Below, in pieces: positions 40,501-51,811 of a stretch of 64,000 nucleotides of DNA. Each line of letters begins with the position of its first letter. The first letter of the stretch is position 1. A program made the position numbers and the translations under genes. Source of the stretch: Candidatus Latescibacterota bacterium (GTDB taxonomy: Bacteria > Latescibacterota > UBA2968 > UBA8231); contig CBDCXV010000011.1 in assembly GCA_965223905.1 (NCBI GenBank), positions 2,080,001 to 2,144,000 of the forward strand, written 5' to 3'. The notes under the pieces are model-generated. The model ran no database searches. It worked only from the letters and a program-made list of their open reading frames with translations, and had not been told where the DNA came from.

Positions 40501-43134
40501 TTATCCGCCCAGGTATACAGCCTTCCGCACCGCTTCCAGCCGCTCCCCAAGGTATAGAGCGATGAAGTAGACCCCGGCCCCTCTTCCCCGGGGATTCCAG
40601 GTGAAGTGGCTGATGCCGTTGGCCAGGACTTCATCCGCCAGTATCTCCTCCATCTGGCCTATGGCGTTGTATACTTTGATTGTAGCGGGCGTCCTATCCG
40701 CCAGGTCGAGCTCGAGCCGAACCGTGGAGACAAATGGATTGGGAATCGCCCCTGACAGGGTAAAGCGCACAAAATCGTTGGTTCCGCGAGGTTCGTACGC
40801 GCTGTTTACCCGGCCCGGAGTTCCCCCCGGGGAGATGGAAGCCAGCCAATTCATGGTTCGGAATTATCCAGCTCATAGTGGCGCAATTCCAGCGTGGGAC
40901 CGTCGCCGTCCGCCTCCTCCGGCCACGGACTCCTATCTCCATAGACGATGGAGTCGACCTGTAATCCATGGCGGTCGAACAGGCGAACAAGCTCTCCGCT
41001 GTTCCTCAATCCGAAATCGAAGTCTCCGATGCATGTGGTTCCCGAGAACCATTCCAGGGCCTTGCCATCCTGGCACAACACGAGAAATCCGCGCGGCTCG
41101 ACAAGCGTCCCTTCGGGCAACACGAAGGAATGCCGAATATTCCCGTCCTGAAAATTCCAACTTGAAAGATCGGCGAAAAAATCATTGGGATTGTATAATT
41201 CGACCCAATCTCCCGTATCCAGTTCATCCGCCGAGTGATAATTTATCTCGTTAATTACAATCGCTGGCGAAGTCACGTCTACAGGGCTGTAGGTTTCGTT
41301 GACCCGGGCAGCCATTTCCGTCAGTGCCGGGGTCAGCAATTTCATCGTGTCACCAGGGGCAATTTCGAAAAAGATATTTCCAATTACAGGAGAGTCGGGA
41401 AACAGGCCGCTGGCGGCGTCCCTGTTGGAAGAAAGTATCAAGCTTTCACCTGCGGCAATTTTCGTCTCGGGTGGAAAAATGAAACGGTTGAAGTATTCCC
41501 CGGATTCGAAACCGCAGTAGGACAGGTCCAATTGCAACTCACCGGTATTGATTATTTCAATGAAATACCCATCCCGTACCCTGTAAACGTCTCCAATCCG
41601 CAGCCGTCTGTACTCCTCGATACCGGCGTGATTCACATTCAAGGCGTACGTCTTCGTCGCCTTGTAATTTTATGTAGAATAACCCGTTTTGAGGGTAGCT
41701 GTAGTCTCCGGATCTGAAAGCATAGGGGACGAGTCCAGTGTAGTTTTTCGGTAGCACGAGGCGGTTGCCGTACACGAGGTCCCCGGCCTGTAGATCATCG
41801 TGTTTTCCGTCGTCGAACAGGAAGAGTTTCTTGACTGTGATTTCTTCTCCCCAGGTCTCGAAGGAGGATAGATCTGGAATATATTCGACCACTACCGACT
41901 GGGGTTGGGGCGAAGTAGCCCGAAATACCACCCCCCGATCGTCGGCCTCAGGGGAGGGAAACGGATTTGAGCAGTACAAGTTCGATAGGGGACTCTTTTC
42001 GAAAAAGGAAAAATCCGTCAGGAACGATCTCCTCGCGGCCAAGAAGCCTTTTAAACGGGAGATCTCATTGTCGAATTCGGAGGTTGTGCCAATCTTGGCT
42101 TTGTCCAGGTACACGTCCGACCTGATCAACTCGTAAGTTGAGTCGATCTGAGCCTCTACGGCGCGGAACCCCTGGTCGATGACGATTCCGACCTTTTTCC
42201 AGAACGACTCGCGCCAAGTTTCGTATTCCATCAACCTCTGAAATAGGAGGTGGTATCGAAAATGGGAGTGCTGAAAGACAGTCTCAAGCTCCGCACGGTA
42301 TTCCCCGGACCAGTGATTCCCGAAAGAAGCATCGTGATCCCAGGGCATTACTTGCTCCAGGCGCCCACGCGGGTCGAAATAGAGCAAGGTATTCTTCGTC
42401 ACTGCGTCCATATTGGAGATGGCATATGTGACTGCGTAGTATCGAAGGACACTCTCTACATTGACAATGGAGGGAATTTTCTCTTCAAAGTCCTCGTGCG
42501 TCAGATATAGGAGCTGATTGAACAGGCGCTGCAAATCGGTGTAGTTGGATTCATCCCCTGCCTTCTTGTTCCAGGAAGAAAGGTAGTTATCGTACTCCAG
42601 CAACGGCGCTGTACTGCCTCCGTGATCCTCGGATTTGTAGAGACTTCCGAGCTCATACTCGTAGCGACTCAGGAAGTCTTTGTTCGGCTCCTCTACCTGG
42701 ACAAAGACGCCCATAAAGTCGTCGTTGACGATCAGACTGACGTGGTTGGTATTCGGGGCCGGATGGCCGAGGAATTGAAACAGCTTCATGGTCAGGACGT
42801 TGCGCATCAATGAAAGATCAGTGTATTCCGCATTAAGATTGACCTCTCTTGCTCCGATGGGATTTGAGCGATCCTCAAACCAGATTTTCCAACTTTTCTT
42901 TCGGTACTCACGGGCCGTGGCACCACGGAATCGAACTTGGCACTCTCGAGACTGTCCGGCGAAGGTGAATCGGGCGGGATAGCGGACGTCGCTGCGTGGT
43001 GCCTTATAAAGTGAACTCAGGTCGTCGGGATCGACGGTCAGGCGATATGCAGGCAGTTCGAGCCGTTGATCCTGGGCCTGCAGGAAGGGTGCATGAATAA
43101 CCACCAGGAAAAAAACGGGAGCCAGCGACCTCAT
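40501..43134 (-). CDS. Secreted CotH-family kinase + lamin-tail domain(s) + T9SS-like tail, split by two apparent 1-nt frameshifts (~41669, ~40855)
   Basis: RFRGATAR..KKSWKI, NLNAEYTD.SLMRN, PWDHDASFG; VINEINYHS..GDWVELYN; PNPF...GVYFI...RKAVYL. Confidence 0.75.
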
Positions 43135-43335
43135 TTCCAGAAAACCTTTACAGAGGATCCGAAGGGCGACCCGGACCGCCCCTGCCGTCCCGGCGAAGGG
43201 CGCCAAGTCCTGCACGCAAGTCGCTGCGACGCGCTGGGCCTCCCCGTCCTCCGAAAGGCCGGTGATCGATCAAGGCCTGAGAGATGGCCGTGCAGGGGAA
43301 ACAGGCCGGCAAAGGGAAGGGAATCGGTAGAGGCC

Positions 43336-44106
43336 TCACACTGCGATGTCGTTTCGGCTACCGAGGCGCTCGAGACAGTGGTCGATCACGTAGCGGTATT
43401 TCGAGTATCCGCGCTGGACCAGGGAGAACCGCTTGATGAGGTCCAGCGCCCAGAAGGGCACCAGGGATTCGGTCTTGATCTCCATAACGACGGGGGACTC
43501 CGCCCACTGCGCGGTGACCGCGTCGTCGTAGTAGCTCATCTCCTCATCATGGCCCGACAGGTCGTACGAGCCGCGCATCAGCCGGTAGCGCATACCGCGG
43601 TCGAACGTAATGCGTCCGTACGCGTCCACGTCGCTGACGAAGGGCTCCCGGTGGTAGCGGAGATGGAGCACGGGCGCGGTGCCGTACAGATGATGGACAT
43701 CGACGAAGGACCGCGGCAGGGCCTCGTACGTCGGCGAGGTGCGTTCGCTCCTGGCGATTTCGAGCACCCCGGGCCACTCCGCTGCGGCGATTCGGTCGCG
43801 GACCTTCCAGACGGTGCGGTTGTGGCGGTACTTGACCTCGAGGGTGACATACTCGACCGCGCCGGTGCCGTAAAAACGGATTCTCGGTTTGAACCGCAGC
43901 AGCTGACGCAGCCTGGTGTCGTGGTAGAAGCGCAACCCGGGAGTATCCATGTACACGCTGTTGACCGTGTAGCTTCCCTGCTCCGTGGGGACGTTGGCGT
44001 CGATGGAAAACAGCGGTTGAATGAAATCGCGGATTTCGGCGGCCTGCGGCTCGGTCACCGTGTACTTCAACTCGTAGCGGTGGACCGCGGGCAGCTCAAC
44101 CGCCAT
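43336..44106 (-). CDS. VTC / polyphosphate-polymerase-domain protein (CYTH/TTM fold)
   Basis: RYELKY, VNSVYMDT, KPRIRFYG, LEVK, YHREPF, RITFD, MEIK and YSKY motifs. Confidence 0.9.
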   Translation of the reverse strand: MAVELPAVHRYELKYTVTEPQAAEIRDFIQPLFSIDANVPTEQGSYTVNSVYMDTPGLRFYHDTRLRQLLRFKPRIRFYGTGAVEYVTLEVKYRHNRTVWKVRDRIAAAEWPGVLEIARSERTSPTYEALPRSFVDVHHLYGTAPVLHLRYHREPFVSDVDAYGRITFDRGMRYRLMRGSYDLSGHDEEMSYYDDAVTAQWAESPVVMEIKTESLVPFWALDLIKRFSLVQRGYSKYRYVIDHCLERLGSRNDIAV

Positions 44107-45409
44107 CGTGGGCCTCCTCCTCCTGCAGGACCCCCGGACCCTCGATGCCCAGCTCGTAGAAAAGGAAATAGAGCGCGTGCGCCAGATCGCGCTGGCTCTC
44201 GGCGATTGCGACCCGCGCATCCATGATCGTGCGCTCGAGCTCCAGGATCTCGTCAGCCGGCACGGTAGGGTAGGCCCGGGTCTCGGCGATCACCTGCGAC
44301 GAGCCCTGGATGATGGCCTCGCCCTCCCGGAGAGTCAGGTCGCGGGCGAGCAATGCCTCCGTGTAGTCGGAGAGCGTTTCGCGGACCTCCTCGGCGATGC
44401 GCTCGCGAACGGAGAGGACCTCGAGCGCGCTTCCCGACACCGCAAGGGAAACGCCGGCCAGGTTGCCCGCATTGCGGTTGAAGAGGGGGAGCTCGAGGCC
44501 GAAGACCAGCTCATGCCAGTCTTCTTCGGACCGCTCGAAGTGTCGCGAAACCTCCAGGAAGGACAACTGCGGCAGCAGTCGCCAGCTCTCGAGGTTTCGC
44601 CTTTCGAGGGCGAGTTGTCGCTGCTCCTCGGCCAACCGAAGCTCCGGGCGGTTGGCGTAGGCGAGGACGAGGAGTCGCTCTTCATTCAAGGCGACTTCGG
44701 GAAGCGGCTCCGAAAGCACCCGGGTCTGCGTGGAGATACCGGTGAGTCGTCGCAACCTGCGCTCTTCCTCCCGCAGTGCGTGCAAGCTGCGAAGGTGACC
44801 CTGGCGCGCCTCGGCAACGACCGTTTTTGCCTTGGTGAAGTAGACGATCGACCTCCGGCCGAGGGCCATCATGGTCTCGATCTGGGAGATCCGCAGGTGC
44901 TCATTCTCAACCCGCCGGGCGGCGATGCGGGCCAGTTCGGCATGCATGGCGATATCGGCGCAGGACCGGCGCACTCGCGAAGCCAGCCAATGCCGCTCCC
45001 TCACCGCCTCCACCTTGCGCTCCCACAAGGCTACCTGCTTCCGCTGCCGTCGCGCTCCCACCTCACCGAGGGAAGGAGGACGCCAGCGGATGCCGATCTC
45101 GAGTTCGTCGAACCGGGCCCTCCCGCGCCGAGAGGCCAGGTTGCGGACGCGCAGCTCCGGATTGTCGATCCAGTCGAGCGAGCGAATCCGGTGGGTGCGA
45201 ACGTCCGTCTCCGTTTCGAACGCACGCAGCCGCGGGTTGTTGTCCAAACCCACCGCCACCGTTTCTTCAATCGTCAGGGGCACCCCGCCCTTGTTGCCGG
45301 CGTTGTGAACGCCCGGGGCTTCGCCCGGGAGATCGGCCGAGGCTGCCGTCGAACCGGGGATCGCAACGAAAGGGGCCAGCACCACGAGAAACCGGCCGCC
45401 TGCTCTCAT
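44096..45409 (-). CDS. TolC-family outer-membrane factor
   Basis: Signal peptide; LTIEETVAVGLDNNPRL, ANRPEL and LELPLFNRNAG; coiled-coil character. Confidence 0.8.
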   Translation of the reverse strand: MRAGGRFLVVLAPFVAIPGSTAASADLPGEAPGVHNAGNKGGVPLTIEETVAVGLDNNPRLRAFETETDVRTHRIRSLDWIDNPELRVRNLASRRGRARFDELEIGIRWRPPSLGEVGARRQRKQVALWERKVEAVRERHWLASRVRRSCADIAMHAELARIAARRVENEHLRISQIETMMALGRRSIVYFTKAKTVVAEARQGHLRSLHALREEERRLRRLTGISTQTRVLSEPLPEVALNEERLLVLAYANRPELRLAEEQRQLALERRNLESWRLLPQLSFLEVSRHFERSEEDWHELVFGLELPLFNRNAGNLAGVSLAVSGSALEVLSVRERIAEEVRETLSDYTEALLARDLTLREGEAIIQGSSQVIAETRAYPTVPADEILELERTIMDARVAIAESQRDLAHALYFLFYELGIEGPGVLQEEEAHDGG

Positions 45410-46497
45410 CGCCCCGGTCTCCCGATTTCCGGATCGCTCTCTTCCGCGAAGGCGCCCCACGGTGCGGACGGGCGATCGGCAAGGCGTACGCGTACGGACT
45501 CGCCGGGCAGCAGGAGGTGGCCCGGCTCGAGGAGGACACGGGCCCTTCTGGCCCACAACATCTGCCCGCGCAGCCACAGCCTCTCGGGCATCGGTGAGTA
45601 CCCAGGATGCACGAAGTCGATCCTCCCCCTGGCGTCGAACTCGCTCGACCGCCTCGACATCACTTCCACCTCCTGTCCGACATCGAACTGCAGGTCCTCC
45701 GTCTCCGGGACGTACACTTCAACCGCGGAGGCGTCGGCGCTCCCCACGGAAACAATGGGCACGAAAGCATCGACCGTACTTCCCTGCAAGGCCAGGATCT
45801 CGGAGACCGATCCCGCACACGGCGACCTGACCGTCCGGTACTCGATGCGCTGATCGATCAGGGCGAGGGACTGCCGGACCTCGTGCTGGCGCTGCACGCG
45901 GTCGCCGAGAAGCGAAATCATGATGCTGTCGCCATAGGCACCCGAATCGCCGGCGCCAAGCTTGAGCACGTCGGGCCGAATCAGCGCCGACTGTCCGGCT
46001 ACCGACTGCGCCAGGGCATCGCGGCGGATGGTCATGCGGGTGAGATCGCGGTCGTGTCCCAGGCCGGCTTTCTCCGCTGCCACAAGCGCGGCGATTTCCC
46101 GGCCGAGGGCCTCGAGCTCGGCCTCCTCCGCCTGGACTGCCGCGTACTGCTCGGACACGCGCAGCCGCAACAGGTCGTACTCGACGCTGTATCGACGCCG
46201 GTCTGCAGATACTATCGACTCCAGGGCGGCCAGCTCTTCTTGACGCAGTCGCTTTTCCGCCAACAGGTCGGAGGCGTCCAGGCGAGCCAGGACCTGGCCG
46301 GCCACGACGCTTTCCCCCACTGCGGTACTCACCTCCTGGATGGTACCTCCCTCGCGAGCGCCCACCGAGCGCACCGTCGATACCACCGTGCCGATCAGAT
46401 ACGGGTCGGCACGCCACTCCCGATAGCCGGTGGCCGCGGCAAGCACGCCCGCCACCCACAGGGCACGGAAAGAGTTCCTCCTCAGCCAGCGCTTCAT
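45406..46497 (-). CDS. HlyD-family periplasmic adaptor
   Basis: N-terminal TM; lipoyl halves GTIQEV..GESVVAGQVLARLD and VRSPCAGSV flanking a coiled coil; LLPGESVRV. Confidence 0.85.
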   Translation of the reverse strand: MKRWLRRNSFRALWVAGVLAAATGYREWRADPYLIGTVVSTVRSVGAREGGTIQEVSTAVGESVVAGQVLARLDASDLLAEKRLRQEELAALESIVSADRRRYSVEYDLLRLRVSEQYAAVQAEEAELEALGREIAALVAAEKAGLGHDRDLTRMTIRRDALAQSVAGQSALIRPDVLKLGAGDSGAYGDSIMISLLGDRVQRQHEVRQSLALIDQRIEYRTVRSPCAGSVSEILALQGSTVDAFVPIVSVGSADASAVEVYVPETEDLQFDVGQEVEVMSRRSSEFDARGRIDFVHPGYSPMPERLWLRGQMLWARRARVLLEPGHLLLPGESVRVRLADRPSAPWGAFAEESDPEIGRPGR

Positions 46498-46500
46498 CCA

Positions 46501-47181
46501 CTACACCTCTACGGCAGAGGAGTGGTTCATGAAGGTCAGCCCGCGTATGCCTTCGATCTGTCCGAGAACCTCGATCAGCCGCGTCGAGTCCGCTTCGTCG
46601 GCGAGTTTCACCTGGTAGGTGCAGTCGACGAGATCGCCCTGGGCGACGTCCCGCATGGTGACCAGGGCGAACGTTCTCGGTACCTCTTGCAGTATCCGGG
46701 CCACCTGGGCGGCAAAGGTCGGCCCCGCCGGTATCTGGAAGCGCACGAGTCCATCGAATTTCATCCGCGTGCCGAACAGCGACGCGTGCATGACTACCGC
46801 GATCGTACAGAACAGGGCGGTTGCGAAGGTGGCGGCGAGGTAGCTCTGAACGCCGCAGGCTACCCCGGCACCAAGAGCAGCGAAGAGGAACACCAGATCG
46901 CGCGGATCGCGCAGGTTGGTGCGAAAACGGATGATGGCCAGCGACCCCACGATACCGATGCCCCGGGCGACGTTGTCGCCGATCGCAATCATCAGCAGAC
47001 AGGTGATGATGCTGCCGAGAACCATGGTCTGCATCAAACCGCGAGACCAGGACAGGCCCTGGAACGTCCACTCGTACACCATTGCGATTATGCTCGAAAG
47101 GCAAAAGGCGAATACCAGAGAGAGCAGAACCTGGTTCCAGTGGAGTTTGATCGTTCCGAAATCGAGCAACAGACTATCCAT
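46501..47181 (-). CDS. DUF4956 membrane protein
   Basis: IGDNVARGIGIVGSLAIIRFRTNLRDPRDLVFLF..GVACG signature; TM helices plus a soluble C-terminal domain. Confidence 0.85.
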   Translation of the reverse strand: MDSLLLDFGTIKLHWNQVLLSLVFAFCLSSIIAMVYEWTFQGLSWSRGLMQTMVLGSIITCLLMIAIGDNVARGIGIVGSLAIIRFRTNLRDPRDLVFLFAALGAGVACGVQSYLAATFATALFCTIAVVMHASLFGTRMKFDGLVRFQIPAGPTFAAQVARILQEVPRTFALVTMRDVAQGDLVDCTYQVKLADEADSTRLIEVLGQIEGIRGLTFMNHSSAVEV

Positions 47182-47999
47182 CAGACACTGACTCCCGAGT
47201 AACCTTCAAAAGGCGGGGTAGAGGAAGGGGCAAGCCTTTCCGAACATACTGTAAACATTACAAATACACCACCAAGTCAACGGTGCGTCAACCCCGGTTC
47301 CAGTTGAAACGGATCACAGACAAGGGTGAATGCCAGCCGTCATGGCGACCTGTTTGATGCCAAGCTGCCCATTGTCGGATTACCGCGAAGGGAGATATCG
47401 GTTGCCCTGCTACATTCCCACTCCCGGGCGTGACCGTCGTAGCGTGTTCCGATCTGTCCGGAGCCTTGCCAGCCATCCCTGAACCACAGGCACGCCGGGT
47501 CGTTCTTCCGCATGGTTCGTCAGAACCATGCGCGCCGTTGTCTCCCGGGACGAGGGAACCGGGGTGGGCTCGGATATGCGTGGAACACCCCAAAATTTGC
47601 TGGGCGGGAGCCAATAGGCAACCACAAAGCCCGTGGCGGAAGTCACCAGGAGCGGAACTCCCACGACGCCGGTCAGAAAACGACCTCCGGGAAAACGGGA
47701 AGCCTCCAATTGCCGGCCCACCCGATCCGACGCCCGGACCACCTCTATCACCAGTGGACAGTGCCCTCGATTCGAGACCCGGCCCGGTGTTCCAGCACCG
47801 GGTGGAGCACACCCCCCAATGTTGCACGAACCCGGTTACTTCCATTAGATAACTCATCTAGATAACGCATCAAGTAGAAAACCCAGCGAGGGCGCCCGGA
47901 CGAATGAAAGCTCACCCCCATTCCACGACATGGATAAGAATGAGACCGACCATCAATTCGTTGGGGCCTCAAGCCGGGAAAGCATGCCGAAGTAAATAC

Positions 48000-49490
48000 A
48001 TGGCGGTAATCGCATGTTTATGCCTGGCAGGCTTCAATTGTTGCACTGACGGAAGCCTTTCCCCGCCCGGGGAGGCGGGGTCTTCCATAGAAATCATTTC
48101 CCCGGAAAGGACCACCCTTGACAGCTACTTTCCTATCATAATCCGGGCTCTTGACAGGGAGGGAGGGACCGATACGAATGTGAACATGGAGACCCCGGTG
48201 ACGGCGGGAAACACCGTAGAGTCCATTACCCTGAAAAAAGGGATGGGATCGGCTTTGATCATCTCCCAGGATGCCCCGGGGGGAGCCCTTTTCCTGGAAA
48301 CGACGAGCGGTTCAAGAGTCGTCTCCCTGGTGGATTCGTTCCCCGTAGAAGAATACTCGGGACAACTGAAGCCGGGATTGCACACATGGGACAGGTCAAA
48401 AGACCGTTACGTCGCCGGGGAGTTGGTAGTGCCAACCGGGACAACCCTGGTTATTGAGGAAGGAACCCGGATCCTCCTGGGAAGCGGAGCGGACGTTGTT
48501 GTTCACGGCAGGATCCAGGCGAAAGGAACATTGGAACGGCCGATCGTCTACATGTCCAGCCAATGGAAGCATCCTTGGGGGGGAATTGAAGTAGTGGAAG
48601 GACGAGCCGAATTCACCCATAGCTTTTTTGTCAATGGAGGGGCGAATCGAAAAAAGGTTTTCGGCCATTCCAACAGCCAGGCGGTGGTAATGGCCAGAAG
48701 GGCCGACGTGCGCTTGACCGCCTGTTATTTTCTCGATAATCCTGGCAAGGCCCTGGGAGGTTGGGAGAGTCATTTGACTATCGACCGGTGCCTGATATCA
48801 CGTTGCGACACCGGAGGAGAATTCGAAAGCAGTGTCGCCCTGATTTCGAATACACACGTAATAGACATTCCCAACGGAGACGGCGTTTTCGTCGATGATG
48901 ACAACGATGGATTCTATTTCAATTCGGTCTATCCGCAAGCAGAAACGCCCTCGCTGGTCAGAGACTCGTTTGTTATAACGGGCAAGGACGACGCCATAGA
49001 TCACAATGGGGCGCTCCTGGAGATCCGCAATTGCTGGCTGGAAGGATTCGCGCATGAAGGGGTAGCGGCGTCAAACGACAATTGGGTGCAGATATTCAAC
49101 ACCGTGATCAGGGGATGCGAGCAGGGAATAGAGGCCGGGTACGGACGACCACGAGTCCTGGTCGACCACTGCGTCGTGGTGGAAAATGGGGTGGGCCTGC
49201 GATTCGGGGATTCGTACGATTGGGGGTCGGAGGGACACATGATCGTGTCAAATTCCATTATTTTCAACAACAAGGACAACATCCTGAATCATGACCTGAA
49301 GACCGGGAAGGCAGTCCAGGGGGCCATTGTCGTCGACCATAGCCTCGTTGCGGATTCCGAACTAGATTCTTCGGCCACCGTCTGGGGCGCAGTACCCCTG
49401 TTCGACGAGAACTACCGCCTGCTGCCTTCCTCCCCGGGGATAGGTCGGGCCGTCGATGGCTCGGACATAGGATTGGTTGATCTGGATTAG
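48000..49490 (+). CDS. Secreted or lipoprotein right-handed beta-helix protein (start uncertain; ORF open from 47904)
   Basis: Hydrophobic N-terminus with Cys; TLVIEEGT..GRIQAKGT..PIVY..WGGI; DDDNDGFY, DDAIDHNG; YRLLPSSPGIG..GSDIG. Confidence 0.7.
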   Translation: MAVIACLCLAGFNCCTDGSLSPPGEAGSSIEIISPERTTLDSYFPIIIRALDREGGTDTNVNMETPVTAGNTVESITLKKGMGSALIISQDAPGGALFLETTSGSRVVSLVDSFPVEEYSGQLKPGLHTWDRSKDRYVAGELVVPTGTTLVIEEGTRILLGSGADVVVHGRIQAKGTLERPIVYMSSQWKHPWGGIEVVEGRAEFTHSFFVNGGANRKKVFGHSNSQAVVMARRADVRLTACYFLDNPGKALGGWESHLTIDRCLISRCDTGGEFESSVALISNTHVIDIPNGDGVFVDDDNDGFYFNSVYPQAETPSLVRDSFVITGKDDAIDHNGALLEIRNCWLEGFAHEGVAASNDNWVQIFNTVIRGCEQGIEAGYGRPRVLVDHCVVVENGVGLRFGDSYDWGSEGHMIVSNSIIFNNKDNILNHDLKTGKAVQGAIVVDHSLVADSELDSSATVWGAVPLFDENYRLLPSSPGIGRAVDGSDIGLVDLD

Positions 49491-50347
49491 GAATCCCGTG
49501 ATTTCCCTTGGGAAACTGGCACTTGCCAGGGATTTACGCAATTGGGCCGGCGCCCATGCAGTTATCTCCGCGCGCTTGGCCATAGCTCTGCTTTTCATGG
49601 GGATCAACCAAGCCCGGTCGGAAAGTGCGAGTGGGATTGCTGAATATTACATCACCTGTGATCCGGACAGCTTTGAATATATCTATGAGAACTACAAACG
49701 AGACCACTATATATCGGTCCACGTTACCCATGGAGAGGAGACATGGCACGACGCCGGGATGCGAATCCGCGGGGACAGCTCGCGGGAACTGGAGAAGAAA
49801 TCCCTCAAGATATGGTTTCCCACGACACCCTTCCTTGACGGCAAGGAGAAATTGAATTTCAACGCTGAGTTTCTGGATAAAAGCTATTTGCGCACGGTCC
49901 TTGCCAGCCGACTGTTCAGGGATACCGGACATCCCGGGTTTCTTGCGGAGTATGCGCGGATTTTCCTCAACGATAAATTCTTCGGCCTTTATGTCCGGGT
50001 AGAAAACATGGACAAGGATTTTTTGAGGCGGAACGATCTGAACACGGATGGAAATCTGTACAAGGCCTATCTTGATGGAGCCTCATTGACAATGGCTGAC
50101 GACATCTCTATCCGTTGGGAGAAAAAAACCAACGATGATGAGGATCGAAGCGATTTGCGAAACCTGATCTTTCTGCTCAACCAAGTTCCCGACATCGAGT
50201 TCCTGAACTTCGCCCGCGGTTATTTTAACTACGACAGAATGATCAATTCCATAACTCTCAATATGCTCTTGGCGAATGGCAGTACCTACTACCACAACTA
50301 CTACATGTTCCACGACATCGGGGGGGATGGGAAATGGTCCATGTTTC

Positions 50348-51811
50348 GGGTCTATCCGGGTTTTTCAACGCCGAAACGTAAGTACGGAAAGTACCTGAGC
50401 CCTTGCTGTCCATCTGAGTACATGACAAGGCCATAGGTCGTTCCCTATGCTTGGTGTATCCCCATCAAGCACTCCCCAAGAAAGGGAAGGGAAGGCGACC
50501 TATGACCGCTATGAAGTTCGTCTCCAAGCTGTTCCAATTCAAGGGATTTCGCGCGGTGGGCGTGTGGTTCGAAGGACACGGGGAAGAAGCGGCCGTCGTG
50601 GTCGCGGTGAAGCCCCAAAGGAACGGGTGCCGGTGTCCCGAGTGTGGGCGCCGCGGCAAGATCGTACAGGTCATGGAGTTCCGCCGCTGGCGCGACGTCC
50701 GCGTTTGCGGCCGTACCCTCTGGTTGCACCACGCCCCTCGGGAGATCCGCTGCCCGACCCACGGCCGTCGCGTCGAGGAGGTGCCCTGGGCGGCGCCCTC
50801 GGCCCAGGTCAGCTACCGCTTCGAATACCTGCTGCTGAGGTACTGCCAGTGGATGACGCAGGCCGCCGCCGCGCGCCTGCTGGGTCTGGCCCCGTCGACC
50901 CTGTCCGACCAGCTGCACCGGCTCATCGAGCGCCGGCGTACGGGGCACCGCATCCGCCGGCTGAAGACCCTCGGCATCGACGAGATCTCCTACGCCAAGG
51001 GCCATAAATACGCTACCCTGGTCTACGACCTGGAACGCTCCCGTGTCGTCTGGGTCGGCAAGGGCAAGGCACGGAAGACCATCGACGCGTTTTTCCGGGA
51101 CCATCTCAGCGCCTTCCAGAAGGACCGCATCCGCTGGGCCTGCTGCGACCTGAGCGAGACCTTCATCGGCGCCATCCGGCAGCATGGTCCCAACGCCGAG
51201 TTGGTCCTGGACCGATTCCACGTCGTCAAGGCCCTCAACGAAGCCGTCGACGAGGTGCGCAAGGAGCAGTGGCGGCAAGCCTGTGGCGAGGACCGCAAGC
51301 TGCTCAAGGGCCTGCGCTGGGTGCTGCTGCATCACTCCGCCCAGCGCTCGCGAAAGGATCGGCGCACGCTCCAAACCCTGGAGAAGGCCAACCGCCGCAT
51401 CTACCGCGCCTGGCGCCTGAAGGACGAGTTCGAGCACTTCTGGCGCTACAAGGCGCGCTGGGCCGCCGAACGCTTCCTCAAGAAGTGGACGACGGCGGCC
51501 CTGCGCAGCCGCCTGCAGCCCCTGCGCAAGTTCGTCAACACGGTGCGCAAGCAGGCGGCCGGCATCACCGCCTTCGTCGACACGCACCTGACCAACGCCG
51601 CCGCCGAAGGGCTCAATCGCATTATCCGCATGGTCAAGAATCGAGCCAGTGGATTTAAAACTCTGGATGCCTTTGCCGACCTGATTTACCTGTGCGTCGG
51701 AGACCTCGATATCCCTGCGCAGATTCCGGCCCGATTCCGTACAGTATGAAACCCTAAAAATCTCATTGGGGAAACGCTATAAATACCACGTTGAAAAACC
51801 CGTATATAGCC
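50348..51811 (+). mobile_element. ISL3-family insertion sequence
   Basis: 23-bp terminal IRs (gggtctatccgggtttttcaacg vs reverse complement ggctatatacgggtttttcaacg, 20/23); 8-bp TSD catgtttc at 50340-50347 and 51812-51819. Confidence 0.95.
50502..51749 (+). CDS. ISL3 transposase
   Basis: CPECG/CPTH zinc finger, GIDEISY..GHKY, CCD, DRFHV and TNAAAEGLN motifs. Confidence 0.95.
   Translation: MTAMKFVSKLFQFKGFRAVGVWFEGHGEEAAVVVAVKPQRNGCRCPECGRRGKIVQVMEFRRWRDVRVCGRTLWLHHAPREIRCPTHGRRVEEVPWAAPSAQVSYRFEYLLLRYCQWMTQAAAARLLGLAPSTLSDQLHRLIERRRTGHRIRRLKTLGIDEISYAKGHKYATLVYDLERSRVVWVGKGKARKTIDAFFRDHLSAFQKDRIRWACCDLSETFIGAIRQHGPNAELVLDRFHVVKALNEAVDEVRKEQWRQACGEDRKLLKGLRWVLLHHSAQRSRKDRRTLQTLEKANRRIYRAWRLKDEFEHFWRYKARWAAERFLKKWTTAALRSRLQPLRKFVNTVRKQAAGITAFVDTHLTNAAAEGLNRIIRMVKNRASGFKTLDAFADLIYLCVGDLDIPAQIPARFRTV

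Noticed and set aside
47288-47972. Several overlapping ORFs in the divergent intergenic region
   Set aside because: No motifs, atypical composition and mutually overlapping; likely spurious
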